A stretch of 36,911 nucleotides of DNA from a virus (taxonomy: Duplodnaviria > Heunggongvirae > Uroviricota > Caudoviricetes). The stretch lies in IMG/VR virus record IMGVR_UViG_2531839667_000007, one strand, 5' to 3'. The notes under the pieces were generated by a model. It did no database searches, had not been told where the DNA came from, and worked only from the letters and a program-made list of their open reading frames with translations. Below, in pieces: positions 16,138-24,173 of this stretch (position 1 is its first letter; each line of letters begins with the position of its first letter). Both the position numbers and the translations under genes were made by a program.

Positions 16138-16344
16138 ATGGAAAAAATCACAACGGGTGTGTCATACACCACGTCAGCGGTGGGGACGGGATACTGGTTA
16201 CTGCAGCTGCTGGACAAAGTCTCTCCGTCCCAGTGGGTGGCGATAGGTGTGCTGGGGAGTCTGCTGTTTGGCCTGCTGACGTATCTGACTAACCTGTATT
16301 TCAAAATCAGAGAGGACCGTCGTAAGGTGGCGCGGGGAGAGTAG
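16138..16344 (+). CDS. S: holin, phage 21 S-like class II pinholin (68 aa)
   Basis: [33 protein letters not shown]...[20 protein letters not shown] resembles S21 pinholin as recalled; GGAGA SD. Confidence 0.8.
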   Translation: MEKITTGVSYTTSAVGTGYWLLQLLDKVSPSQWVAIGVLGSLLFGLLTYLTNLYFKIREDRRKVARGE

Positions 16345-16599
16345 TCGATGAATAAACAATACGAACTGGTTGTAAAATGAATATTTCTAACTGAAAAAAC
16401 GTTCCATGAGGTGAGAAAAGGTCACAGGCAATCAATAACAGGACGTGATGAAAGACCCTTGCATTTGTGCGCTTTCTCTTTAGATAGCAGCAGATACTGA
16501 AAATCTGAGTTGTCGGGGAGTCAGGGATACAGCTGTGCAAGAGTTGGTCATTGTGATTCCATTGAAATCCTGTATGCCATGAAGGGCAGGATTTTATGG

Positions 16600-16914
16600 C
16601 TACCTGAGCTTTGGTGATAGTAAGTTGAAAATTCGCATTTTTTGCTGACATGCGTAACGAGAATCCCATAAGCAGGGAGGACTTAATTCTTCATTAACCC
16701 ATGCGTTGATATTATGTTTCAGCCGTTGAAGCATCAGCGGTGTTAATGTTGTGGTAATAATATCCAGCGTTTTATGTGAGATCTTACCGTAAGGGTCTGC
16801 AAGAATGCTGCTTGTTGCTTCGTTATTATCTGCCATCAGAAGAAGTAACTCTGATTTAACGTTTTCTGTCATTAGTTGTAAAAATCTTCTGCGCAAACTT
16901 TCTTTACTGTTCAT
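16600..16914 (-). CDS. hypothetical ORF antisense to the lysis operon, between holin and endolysin
   Basis: Track ORF (104 aa) in an AT-rich insert; no convincing SD at any candidate start; may be non-coding. Confidence 0.25.
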   Translation of the reverse strand: MNSKESLRRRFLQLMTENVKSELLLLMADNNEATSSILADPYGKISHKTLDIITTTLTPLMLQRLKHNINAWVNEELSPPCLWDSRYACQQKMRIFNLLSPKLR

Positions 16915-17031
16915 TTATATGGCTTCATTTGTTGTAATCTGCTGCGTCTCAAGGGATATGTTTATGAGAGCGACCATGAGTGTTGGATTATATACCTAAC
17001 ATATCAAGGGATTAGAAATCGATAAATCCCC

Positions 17032-17565
17032 ATGAACGAAAAAATAAAATACGGCCTGTCGGCTGCCGTTCTGGCGCTGATTGGTGCAGGTGCTTCTGCG
17101 CCTGAAATCCTCGACCAGTTTCTGGATGAAAAGGAAGGTAACCACACCATGGCATACCGTGATGGTGCGGGGATCTGGACCATCTGCCGTGGTGCCATTC
17201 TGGTGGATGGTAAGCCTGTTATTCCTGGCATGAAGCTGTCAAAGGAAAAATGCGACCGGGTTAATGCCATCGAACGTGACAAGGCGCTGGCATGGGTGGA
17301 GAAAAACATCAAAGTGCCGCTGACCGAACCCCAGAAAGCGGGGATCGCGTCATTCTGTCCGTACAACATTGGCCCCGGTAAGTGCTTCCCGTCGACGTTT
17401 TATAAACGAATTAATGCAGGCGATCGAAAAGGTGCCTGTGAGGCGATTCGCTGGTGGATTAAGGACGGTGGCAGAGACTGCCGTATTCGTTCAAACAACT
17501 GTTACGGTCAGGTATCCCGTCGTGACCAGGAGAGCGCGCTGGCGTGCTGGGGTATCGACAGATAA
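17032..17565 (+). CDS. R: SAR endolysin (T4-lysozyme-like, phage 21 R-type)
   Basis: 177 aa; Gly/Ala-rich hydrophobic N-terminus GLSAAVLALIGAGASAP; E-x8-D-x5-T catalytic spacing in EGNHTMAYRDGAGIWT. Confidence 0.85.
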   Translation: MNEKIKYGLSAAVLALIGAGASAPEILDQFLDEKEGNHTMAYRDGAGIWTICRGAILVDGKPVIPGMKLSKEKCDRVNAIERDKALAWVEKNIKVPLTEPQKAGIASFCPYNIGPGKCFPSTFYKRINAGDRKGACEAIRWWIKDGGRDCRIRSNNCYGQVSRRDQESALACWGIDR

Positions 17566-17655
17566 GCAGAATATTTTGCTGAAAAATAAGGCATGGCCAC
17601 GCGGGCGGATAACACGAAATCCTGCGAACTGGCGAAACGTAAGTGAATAAAAGTA

Positions 17656-17696
17656 AAAACCCCGTTTGTTGGCACCAAGCGGGGTTTTGTGTTTCT
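17656..17696 (+). terminator. terminator-like hairpin between endolysin and Rz
   Basis: ACCCCGTTTG / CAAGCGGGGT stem with one mismatch, then TTTTGTGTTT; A-rich upstream. Confidence 0.4.
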
Positions 17697-17721
17697 GACC
17701 TTGAGTAAGGCAAGGGAGAAC

Positions 17722-17904
17722 ATGGCGAAGTATAAACGAATTCTGTTGAGGTTGACCATGAAAAACGGCCTTGAACTGAAAGCGCCTGTAACTGATGACA
17801 TCAGCAGAGCACTGGCTTTTGCCATTAAGTGGGTGGCGGTCGGTGTTGCTGTGTCCCCGATGCTGTATGGGCTGGCAAAACTGGTCATTGCGTTGAAATC
17901 GTGA
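17722..17904 (+). CDS. small predicted membrane protein (60 aa, [11 protein letters not shown]...)
   Basis: Internal ATG of track ORF 17689..17904, AAGGGAGA SD; hydrophobic C-terminal half. Confidence 0.4.
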   Translation: MAKYKRILLRLTMKNGLELKAPVTDDISRALAFAIKWVAVGVAVSPMLYGLAKLVIALKS

Positions 17905-17918
17905 AGGGAGGATTAAGC

Positions 17919-18050
17919 ATGTCAGACAAACTCATAACGCTGGCGAAGATCCTCTGTGTAATTGTCGGCATTTCATTTTCACTAATGCTGGTTGCTCTTT
18001 TTCTTTCCATGGCCTGGATGATGTTGTCTTCGTCGGGGTTGCTGGGGTGA
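17919..18050 (+). CDS. small hydrophobic peptide (43 aa, [43 protein letters not shown])
   Basis: Internal ATG of track ORF 17829..18050, GAAGGGAGG SD at 7 nt; single predicted TM helix. Confidence 0.35.
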   Translation: MSDKLITLAKILCVIVGISFSLMLVALFLSMAWMMLSSSGLLG

Positions 18051-18061
18051 ACATAAACCGA

Positions 18062-18520
18062 ATGCTTTCCGCGTTTATCGTTATTCTGCTGGTGGCCTGT
18101 GGTGCGCTGTGGATGGCAACAGACCATTACCGTGATAACGCGATTACCTACAAAGCGCAGCGCGATAACAAAGCCAGTGAACTGAAGCTGGCGAACGCAA
18201 CCATTACTGATATGCAGGTGCGCCAGCGCGATGTTGCTGCGCTCGATGCAAAATACTCGAGGGAATTAGCCGATGCGAGAGCTGAAAATGAAACTCTTCG
18301 CGCTGACGTTGCCGCTGGTCGTAAGCGCCTGCGGATCAACGCCACCTGTCCAGGCTCCGTGCGTGAAGCCCCCACCACCTCCGGCGTGGATAATGCAACC
18401 GGCCCCCGACTGGCAGACACCGCTGAACGGGATTATTTCATCCTCAGAGAACGGTTGATGACAATGCAGAAGCAGGTGGGAGGGGCGCAGGAATATATCC
18501 GCACTCAGTGTATTAACTAG
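18062..18520 (+). CDS. Rz: Rz i-spanin (alternative GTG start 18047)
   Basis: N-terminal TM then [32 protein letters not shown]... closely matching lambda Rz. Confidence 0.85.
   Translation: MLSAFIVILLVACGALWMATDHYRDNAITYKAQRDNKASELKLANATITDMQVRQRDVAALDAKYSRELADARAENETLRADVAAGRKRLRINATCPGSVREAPTTSGVDNATGPRLADTAERDYFILRERLMTMQKQVGGAQEYIRTQCIN
18288..18458 (+). CDS. Rz1: Rz1 o-spanin lipoprotein, embedded in the +1 frame of Rz
   Basis: [17 protein letters not shown] has lipobox LVVSAC; proline-rich PPPPPAW; wholly inside Rz. Confidence 0.75.
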   Translation: MKLFALTLPLVVSACGSTPPVQAPCVKPPPPPAWIMQPAPDWQTPLNGIISSSENG

Positions 18521-18543
18521 TATTTTTGTTATCCGGAGAATGC

Positions 18544-18768
18544 ATGAAGAAATTACAGGTAACCGTAAAGCCTCTTCAGGGAACAATTCTGTTCCGTATT
18601 TTGCAGCGTGGTCGTGTTCTTGTTGAAGGTTCGTTCAGTGGTAAATGTATGCAATTACACTCCCGGACCTTTCAGGTGAATGCCACGAATGAAGAGCTAA
18701 CCGTTGAGTGTACGATGAATACCGCTAAATGCCGCATGGTATCCGCTGCATTACAGCCAGTGTGTTGA
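18544..18768 (+). CDS. hypothetical late protein (74 aa from MKKLQV)
   Basis: Internal ATG of track ORF 18526..18768 with GGAGA SD at 6 nt; not Bor-like. Confidence 0.45.
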   Translation: MKKLQVTVKPLQGTILFRILQRGRVLVEGSFSGKCMQLHSRTFQVNATNEELTVECTMNTAKCRMVSAALQPVC

Positions 18769-19124
18769 GCGACCTTATTATCCATGCGCGGTATTGTCGC
18801 CGTATTCCCGCATTAACAGAGACCGCAGCCCGACCGGGAGACTCCTCTGTGCGAGTGTGCGGGGATAATCAAAAACGATACACACCGGGGTTTACCGCGT
18901 TAACGGAGCGCGGCGTTGTCCCCTCATAGTCGCATGTCCGGTGCGATGGTGGAAGAAGCCGGATGTTTATCACTATTAATTGATGACACAGAAATGGATT
19001 CATTGAATTTCAGCACGTTTTTGTATTCGTGTTATTGAACATCTGTTTATTTTACTTTTAACATATTGATAATAAAAAGAGCTGTAAATCTTTAGATGAG
19101 TCGATTTTGTCCGGGGAAGTTCAA

Positions 19125-19265
19125 ATGGATTTTATGCTGACGGTTTCTGGTGTGGTTATCCTGTCCATTGCTTATACTGCAGATAAATATGGCTGCCATT
19201 TGTTATCACGTATTGGCGCTTATTGTTCGTTGATGCTGATTTTCTCGTCGCTTTTTTTTGAGTAA
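19125..19265 (+). CDS. small predicted membrane peptide (46 aa)
   Basis: Own translation MDFMLTVSGVVILSIAYTADKYGCHLLSRIGAYCSLMLIFSSLFFE; below track cutoff; AT-rich region. Confidence 0.3.
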   Translation: MDFMLTVSGVVILSIAYTADKYGCHLLSRIGAYCSLMLIFSSLFFE

Positions 19266-19397
19266 GTTATATTAATTATAACAAATAATTTTCTGTGTTA
19301 TTTTTTCAGGCTATCCCGTCAGAGGGGAAGCCTGTACTGCCGGGGAGCGAATGGAAAACTGATGTGTCCGGTAACTGCGTGTTCTGTGAACACCATG

Positions 19398-19583
19398 TTA
19401 CTTAATTATGTAATTCATACCCGAACTCTCTGTTGACAGCCTTCTTCTGCAGGCTTCAATAACCCACGCTGAAAAGTTTCCTGAACCTTTCAGATCAAGA
19501 GCGATGTTAATTTGTTCAATCATCTGGTTTGGAAATCGGATGTTGCGGGTTGTTGTTCTGCGGGTTCTGTTCTTTGATGACAT
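19398..19583 (-). CDS. Arc/MetJ-type ribbon-helix-helix DNA-binding protein (61 aa)
   Basis: RNIRFPNQMIEQINIALDLKGSGNFSAWVIEACRRRL fits the Arc-like RHH pattern; GGGGA SD; transcribed opposite to late genes. Confidence 0.55.
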   Translation of the reverse strand: MSSKNRTRRTTTRNIRFPNQMIEQINIALDLKGSGNFSAWVIEACRRRLSTESSGMNYIIK

Positions 19584-19789
19584 AATGTTTCCCCATATTC
19601 AGTGTTGCTGATTTGTATTATCTGAAGTTGCTTTTACGTTAATTTGACGCAGATCAATTAATACGATACCTGCGTCATAATTGATTATTTCTCGTGGTTT
19701 GATGGCGTACACACATGTTGTGATAAACCTTATATAGATGATAATCATTATCATTTCGTGGGTCCTTTCCGGCGATCCGACCGGTTACG

Positions 19790-19801
19790 GGGCGGCGACC
19801 T
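19790..19801. other. cosN cohesive-end site (GGGCGGCGACCT)
   Basis: 45 nt from 19790 are identical to the left-end sequence of phage lambda as recalled (GGGCGGCGACCTCGCGGGTTTTCGCTATTTATGAAAATTTTCCGG), about 185 bp before the small terminase gene. Confidence 0.8.
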
Positions 19802-19835
19802 CGCGGGTTTTCGCTATTTATGAAAATTTTCCGGG

Positions 19836-19940
19836 ATCCATGTCCGGTTTCTCTGCAAGTTAACTATATGAAAAATATAAAAACAGGCTGTCCGTGAACC
19901 GGACATGTGCAAAAAACGGACATGTAAACCGGACATGACC
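19836..19940. repeat. cosB-like array of CGGACATG repeats (direct at 19900-19907, 19917-19924, 19930-19937; inverted at 19839-19847)
   Basis: Repeats read from sequence between cosN and the small terminase gene; differ from lambda R sites. Confidence 0.55.
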
Positions 19941-19984
19941 GGTTTTGTGCTGATTGTGAGGTAAGAGTTTTTGCGAGGTGAGGA

Positions 19985-20494
19985 GTGGCTACGCAGACTG
20001 AAGTTGCCAGGCATTTGAGTCTGACCGATCGCCAGCTTCGCAGATTGCAGAAATTACCGGGTGCCCCGGTCTCGAATAAGCGAGGGCAACTGGATCTGGA
20101 TGCCTGGCGCGATTTTTACATATCGTATCTGAGAAGAAGTAAAAACGATGTGCCTGATGGCGATAGCGAAGAAGACTATGAAGAGAAATTGCTTATTGCC
20201 AGATGGGAACTGACAGCAGAACAGGCTGTTACACAGCAGTTAAAAAATGAGGTGTCAAAAGGAAAACTGATTGACACCGGGTTCTGTATTTTTGCCCTCA
20301 GTAAGCTGGCAATGGCGTTATCCAGTACGCTTGATTCCATCCCTTTATCCATGCAGCGACAGTTTCCTGATTTAACACCGCGCCATCTTGACCATCTGAA
20401 AACCCTTATTGCTAAGGGGGCAAATCAGTGTGCGCGGGCAGGGGATAAATTACCGGATTTACTTGATGAATATATCAGAGCAACAACTGAATAA
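19985..20494 (+). CDS. nu1: terminase small subunit (Nu1-like, divergent N-terminal DNA-binding region)
   Basis: C-terminal half matches lambda Nu1 (...SIPLSMQRQFPDLTPRHLDHLKTLIAKG...); GTG start after GAGG; overlaps large terminase start. Confidence 0.85.
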   Translation: MATQTEVARHLSLTDRQLRRLQKLPGAPVSNKRGQLDLDAWRDFYISYLRRSKNDVPDGDSEEDYEEKLLIARWELTAEQAVTQQLKNEVSKGKLIDTGFCIFALSKLAMALSSTLDSIPLSMQRQFPDLTPRHLDHLKTLIAKGANQCARAGDKLPDLLDEYIRATTE

Positions 20495-22394
20495 TATGAT
20501 GAGCGCTGTCACAACTGCATTACAGCCCCTGATAAGGGCATTGCCGGTGACGCCAGTTGAATGGGCTGATCAAAATTATTATCTGCCTAAAGAATCTTCA
20601 TATGGTGAGGGCGAATGGAAAACGCTGCCATTCCAGATCGCCATCATGAACAGCATGGGGAATGATCAGATCCGCACTGTTAATCTGATTAAATCTGCCC
20701 GTGTTGGCTATACAAAGATGTTGCTGGGGGTGGTCGGGTATTTTATTGAGCATAAATCCCGAAACAGTCTGCTTTTTCAGCCCACGGATTCTGCCGCTGA
20801 AGATTTTATGAAGTCTCACGTGGAGGCGACGATTCGGAACGTGCCATGCCTGAAAGACCTTTCCCCATGGCTGGGTCGTAAACATCGTGACAATACTCTC
20901 ACGCTGAAACGCTTTTCATCGGGCGTCGGTTTCTGGTGCCTGGGCGGCGCTGCCGCCAAAAACTACCGTGAAAAATCCGTGGACGTGGTCTGTTATGACG
21001 AGCTTTCCTCGTTCGAACCGGATGTTGAAAAAGAGGGTTCGCCAACCCTGCTGGGGGATAAACGTATTGAGGGCTCTGTATGGCCAAAATCCATTCGCGG
21101 CTCGACGCCTAAAATCAAAGGCTCCTGCCAGATCGAAAAAGCCGCTAACGAGTCGGCACACTTCATGCGTTTTTATGTGCCCTGTCCGCACTGTGGGGAG
21201 GAGCAGTATCTGAAATTTGGCGATGATGCCTCGCCTTTCGGTCTTAAGTGGGAGAAGAATAAGCCAGAAAGTGTTTTCTACCTTTGTGAGCATCATGGCT
21301 GTGTGATCCATCAGTCTGAGCTTGACCAGAGTAACGGGCGGTGGATCTGTGAAAACACGGGCATGTGGACCCGTGACGGCCTGATGTTTTTCAGCGCCCG
21401 GGGTGATGAAATTCCGCCGCCGCGCTCCATCACTTTCCATATCTGGACGGCGTACAGTCCGTTCACCACCTGGGTACAGATTGTCTATGACTGGCTGGAT
21501 GCACTGAAAGATCCCAACGGCCTGAAAACCTTTGTGAACACCACGCTGGGCGAGACCTGGGAAGAGGCCGTGGGCGAAAAACTCGATCACCAGGTGCTGA
21601 TGGATAAGGTTGTGCGTTACACGGCGGCGGTGCCTGCCCGGGTGGTTTATCTGACGGCGGGCATTGACTCGCAGCGAAACCGTTTTGAGATGTATGTCTG
21701 GGGATGGGCTCCGGGAGAGGAAGCCTTTCTGGTGGATAAAATCATCATTATGGGGCGTCCCGATGAGGAAGAGACGCTGTTACGTGTGGATGCGGCGATC
21801 AACAAAAAATACCGCCATGCAGACGGAACCGAAATGACCATTTCCCGTGTCTGCTGGGACATCGGGGGGATCGATGGCGAAATCGTTTATCAGAGGTCAA
21901 AAAAACACGGTGTTTTCCGGGTGCTGCCGGTAAAAGGCGCATCTGTCTATGGCAAGCCGGTGATCACCATGCCAAAAACCCGCAATCAGCGGGGCGTGTA
22001 TCTGTGTGAAGTGGGGACGGACACCGCAAAAGAAATTCTCTATGCCCGTATGAAAGCCGATCCCACGCCTGTGGATGAAGCCACGTCGTATGCCATCCGT
22101 TTTCCTGATGATCCGGAGATTTTTTCGCAGACAGAGGCGCAGCAACTGGTCGCGGAAGAGCTTGTGGAGAAGTGGGAAAAAGGAAAGATGCGTCTGCTGT
22201 GGGATAACAAAAAGCGGCGTAACGAAGCGCTGGACTGCCTGGTGTATGCCTACGCGGCATTACGTGTGTCCGTGCAACGCTGGCAGCTTGATCTGGCTGT
22301 ACTGGCAAAATCCCGGGAAGAAGAGACGACCCGGCCAACCCTGAAAGAACTGGCAGCGAAGCTGTCCGGAGGAGTGAATGGTTACAGTCGCTGA
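20466..22394 (+). CDS. A: terminase large subunit (lambda gpA-like)
   Basis: 642 aa from MNISEQQ; long colinear similarity to lambda gpA including WADQNYYLPKES and KNYREKSVDV. Confidence 0.95.
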   Translation: MNISEQQLNNMMSAVTTALQPLIRALPVTPVEWADQNYYLPKESSYGEGEWKTLPFQIAIMNSMGNDQIRTVNLIKSARVGYTKMLLGVVGYFIEHKSRNSLLFQPTDSAAEDFMKSHVEATIRNVPCLKDLSPWLGRKHRDNTLTLKRFSSGVGFWCLGGAAAKNYREKSVDVVCYDELSSFEPDVEKEGSPTLLGDKRIEGSVWPKSIRGSTPKIKGSCQIEKAANESAHFMRFYVPCPHCGEEQYLKFGDDASPFGLKWEKNKPESVFYLCEHHGCVIHQSELDQSNGRWICENTGMWTRDGLMFFSARGDEIPPPRSITFHIWTAYSPFTTWVQIVYDWLDALKDPNGLKTFVNTTLGETWEEAVGEKLDHQVLMDKVVRYTAAVPARVVYLTAGIDSQRNRFEMYVWGWAPGEEAFLVDKIIIMGRPDEEETLLRVDAAINKKYRHADGTEMTISRVCWDIGGIDGEIVYQRSKKHGVFRVLPVKGASVYGKPVITMPKTRNQRGVYLCEVGTDTAKEILYARMKADPTPVDEATSYAIRFPDDPEIFSQTEAQQLVAEELVEKWEKGKMRLLWDNKKRRNEALDCLVYAYAALRVSVQRWQLDLAVLAKSREEETTRPTLKELAAKLSGGVNGYSR

Positions 22395-22584
22395 ACTGCA
22401 GGCGCTGCGTCAGGCGCGCCTTGATTTATTAACCGGTAAACGGGTGGTGTCTGTCCAGAAAGATGGTCGCAGAATTGAATATACGGCGGCTTCTCTGGAT
22501 GAGCTTAACCGGGCGATCAATGATGCGGAGTCGGTACTGGGGACAACCCGGTGTCGCCGTCGTCCGCTGGGAGTGAGATTATGA
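22378..22584 (+). CDS. W: head-tail joining protein (lambda gpW-like)
   Basis: 68 aa; TGKRVVSVQKDGRRIEYTAASL matches lambda gpW. Confidence 0.9.
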   Translation: MVTVAELQALRQARLDLLTGKRVVSVQKDGRRIEYTAASLDELNRAINDAESVLGTTRCRRRPLGVRL

Positions 22585-24173
22585 AACGAACGCCTGTCCT
22601 GATTGATGTGAACGGCGTTCCGCTTCGTGAGAGTCTCAGCTACAACGGGGGCGGTGCAGGATTTGGCGGGCAAATGGCTGAGTGGTTGCCACCGGCGCAG
22701 AGTGCCGATGCGGCCCTGCTGCCCGCGTTGCGTCTGGGGAATGCCCGGGCAGATGATCTGGTGCGCAATAACGGGATAGCGGCCAATGCGGTGGCTCTGC
22801 ATAAGGATCACATTGTCGGGCATATGTTTCTGATCAGCTACCGTCCGAACTGGCGCTGGCTGGGGATGCGGGAGACCGCAGCAAAAAGCTTTGTCGATGA
22901 GGTGGAGGCGGCCTGGTCGGAATACGCCGAAGGGATGTCTGGCGAGATCGACGTGGAAGGAAAACGCACGTTCACGGAATTTATCCGTGAAGGTGTGGGC
23001 GTTCATGCGTTTAACGGCGAAATCTTTGTGCAGCCGGTCTGGGATACGGAAACCACGCAGTTATTCCGTACGCGTTTTAAAGCCGTGAGTCCGAAACGGG
23101 TGGACACGCCTGGACACGGTATGGGGAACCGTTTTCTGCGGGCCGGTGTGGAGGTCGATCGATATGGCCGTGCCGTCGCGTACCATATCTGTGAGGATGA
23201 TTTTCCGTTCTCTGGTAGTGGACGATGGGAACGGATCCCGCGTGAACTTCCCACCGGGCGTCCGGCCATGCTGCATATTTTCGAGCCGGTGGAGGACGGG
23301 CAGACCCGTGGGGCTAATCAGTTTTACAGCGTCATGGAACGGCTGAAGATGCTCGATTCCCTGCAGGCAACACAGCTTCAGTCGGCCATAGTGAAGGCGA
23401 TGTATGCAGCGACGATTGAAAGTGAACTTGATACCGAAAAGGCCTTTGAATATATCGCCGGCGCGCCACAGGAGCAGAAGGATAATCCGCTTATTAATAT
23501 TCTGGAGAAGTTTTCCAGCTGGTATGACACGAATAACGTGACACTGGGCGGTGTCAAAATTCCGCACCTTTTCCCTGGTGATGATCTGAAACTACAGACT
23601 GCGCAGGATTCAGACAATGGATTTTCTGCGCTTGAACAGGCGCTGCTGCGGTATATCGCCGCCGGTCTTGGCGTTTCCTACGAACAGTTGTCCCGTGATT
23701 ACTCGAAGGTCAGTTACTCAAGTGCCCGCGCCTCCGCCAATGAGTCGTGGCGCTATTTTATGGGGCGGCGAAAATTTATTGCGGCCCGGCTGGCCACGCA
23801 GATGTTTTCCTGCTGGCTGGAAGAGGCACTTCTTCGGGGGATTATTCGTCCGCCACGGGCACGTTTTGATTTTTATCAGGCGCGATCAGCCTGGTCACGG
23901 GCAGAGTGGATTGGTGCCGGAAGAATGGCCATTGACGGGCTCAAGGAAGTCCAGGAATCAGTGATGCGCATTGAGGCCGGACTGAGCACGTATGAGAAAG
24001 AGCTGGCGCTGATGGGCGAGGATTATCAGGACATTTTCCGCCAGCAGGTCAGGGAATCTGCTGAGCGGCAAAAAGCCGGACTCTCACGTCCGGTGTGGAT
24101 AGCGCAGGCGTATCAGCAGCAGATAGCGGAGAGTCGTAGGCCGGAAGAGGAGACAACACCACGTGAGACGTAA
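22581..24173 (+). CDS. B: portal protein (lambda gpB-like)
   Basis: 530 aa from MKRTPVLID; extensive similarity to lambda gpB; ATGA overlap with W. Confidence 0.95.
   Translation: MKRTPVLIDVNGVPLRESLSYNGGGAGFGGQMAEWLPPAQSADAALLPALRLGNARADDLVRNNGIAANAVALHKDHIVGHMFLISYRPNWRWLGMRETAAKSFVDEVEAAWSEYAEGMSGEIDVEGKRTFTEFIREGVGVHAFNGEIFVQPVWDTETTQLFRTRFKAVSPKRVDTPGHGMGNRFLRAGVEVDRYGRAVAYHICEDDFPFSGSGRWERIPRELPTGRPAMLHIFEPVEDGQTRGANQFYSVMERLKMLDSLQATQLQSAIVKAMYAATIESELDTEKAFEYIAGAPQEQKDNPLINILEKFSSWYDTNNVTLGGVKIPHLFPGDDLKLQTAQDSDNGFSALEQALLRYIAAGLGVSYEQLSRDYSKVSYSSARASANESWRYFMGRRKFIAARLATQMFSCWLEEALLRGIIRPPRARFDFYQARSAWSRAEWIGAGRMAIDGLKEVQESVMRIEAGLSTYEKELALMGEDYQDIFRQQVRESAERQKAGLSRPVWIAQAYQQQIAESRRPEEETTPRET

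Noticed and set aside
16307-16669. 120-aa minus-strand ORF overlapping the holin 3' end
   Set aside because: Overlaps the well-supported holin gene; low-complexity translation; no SD
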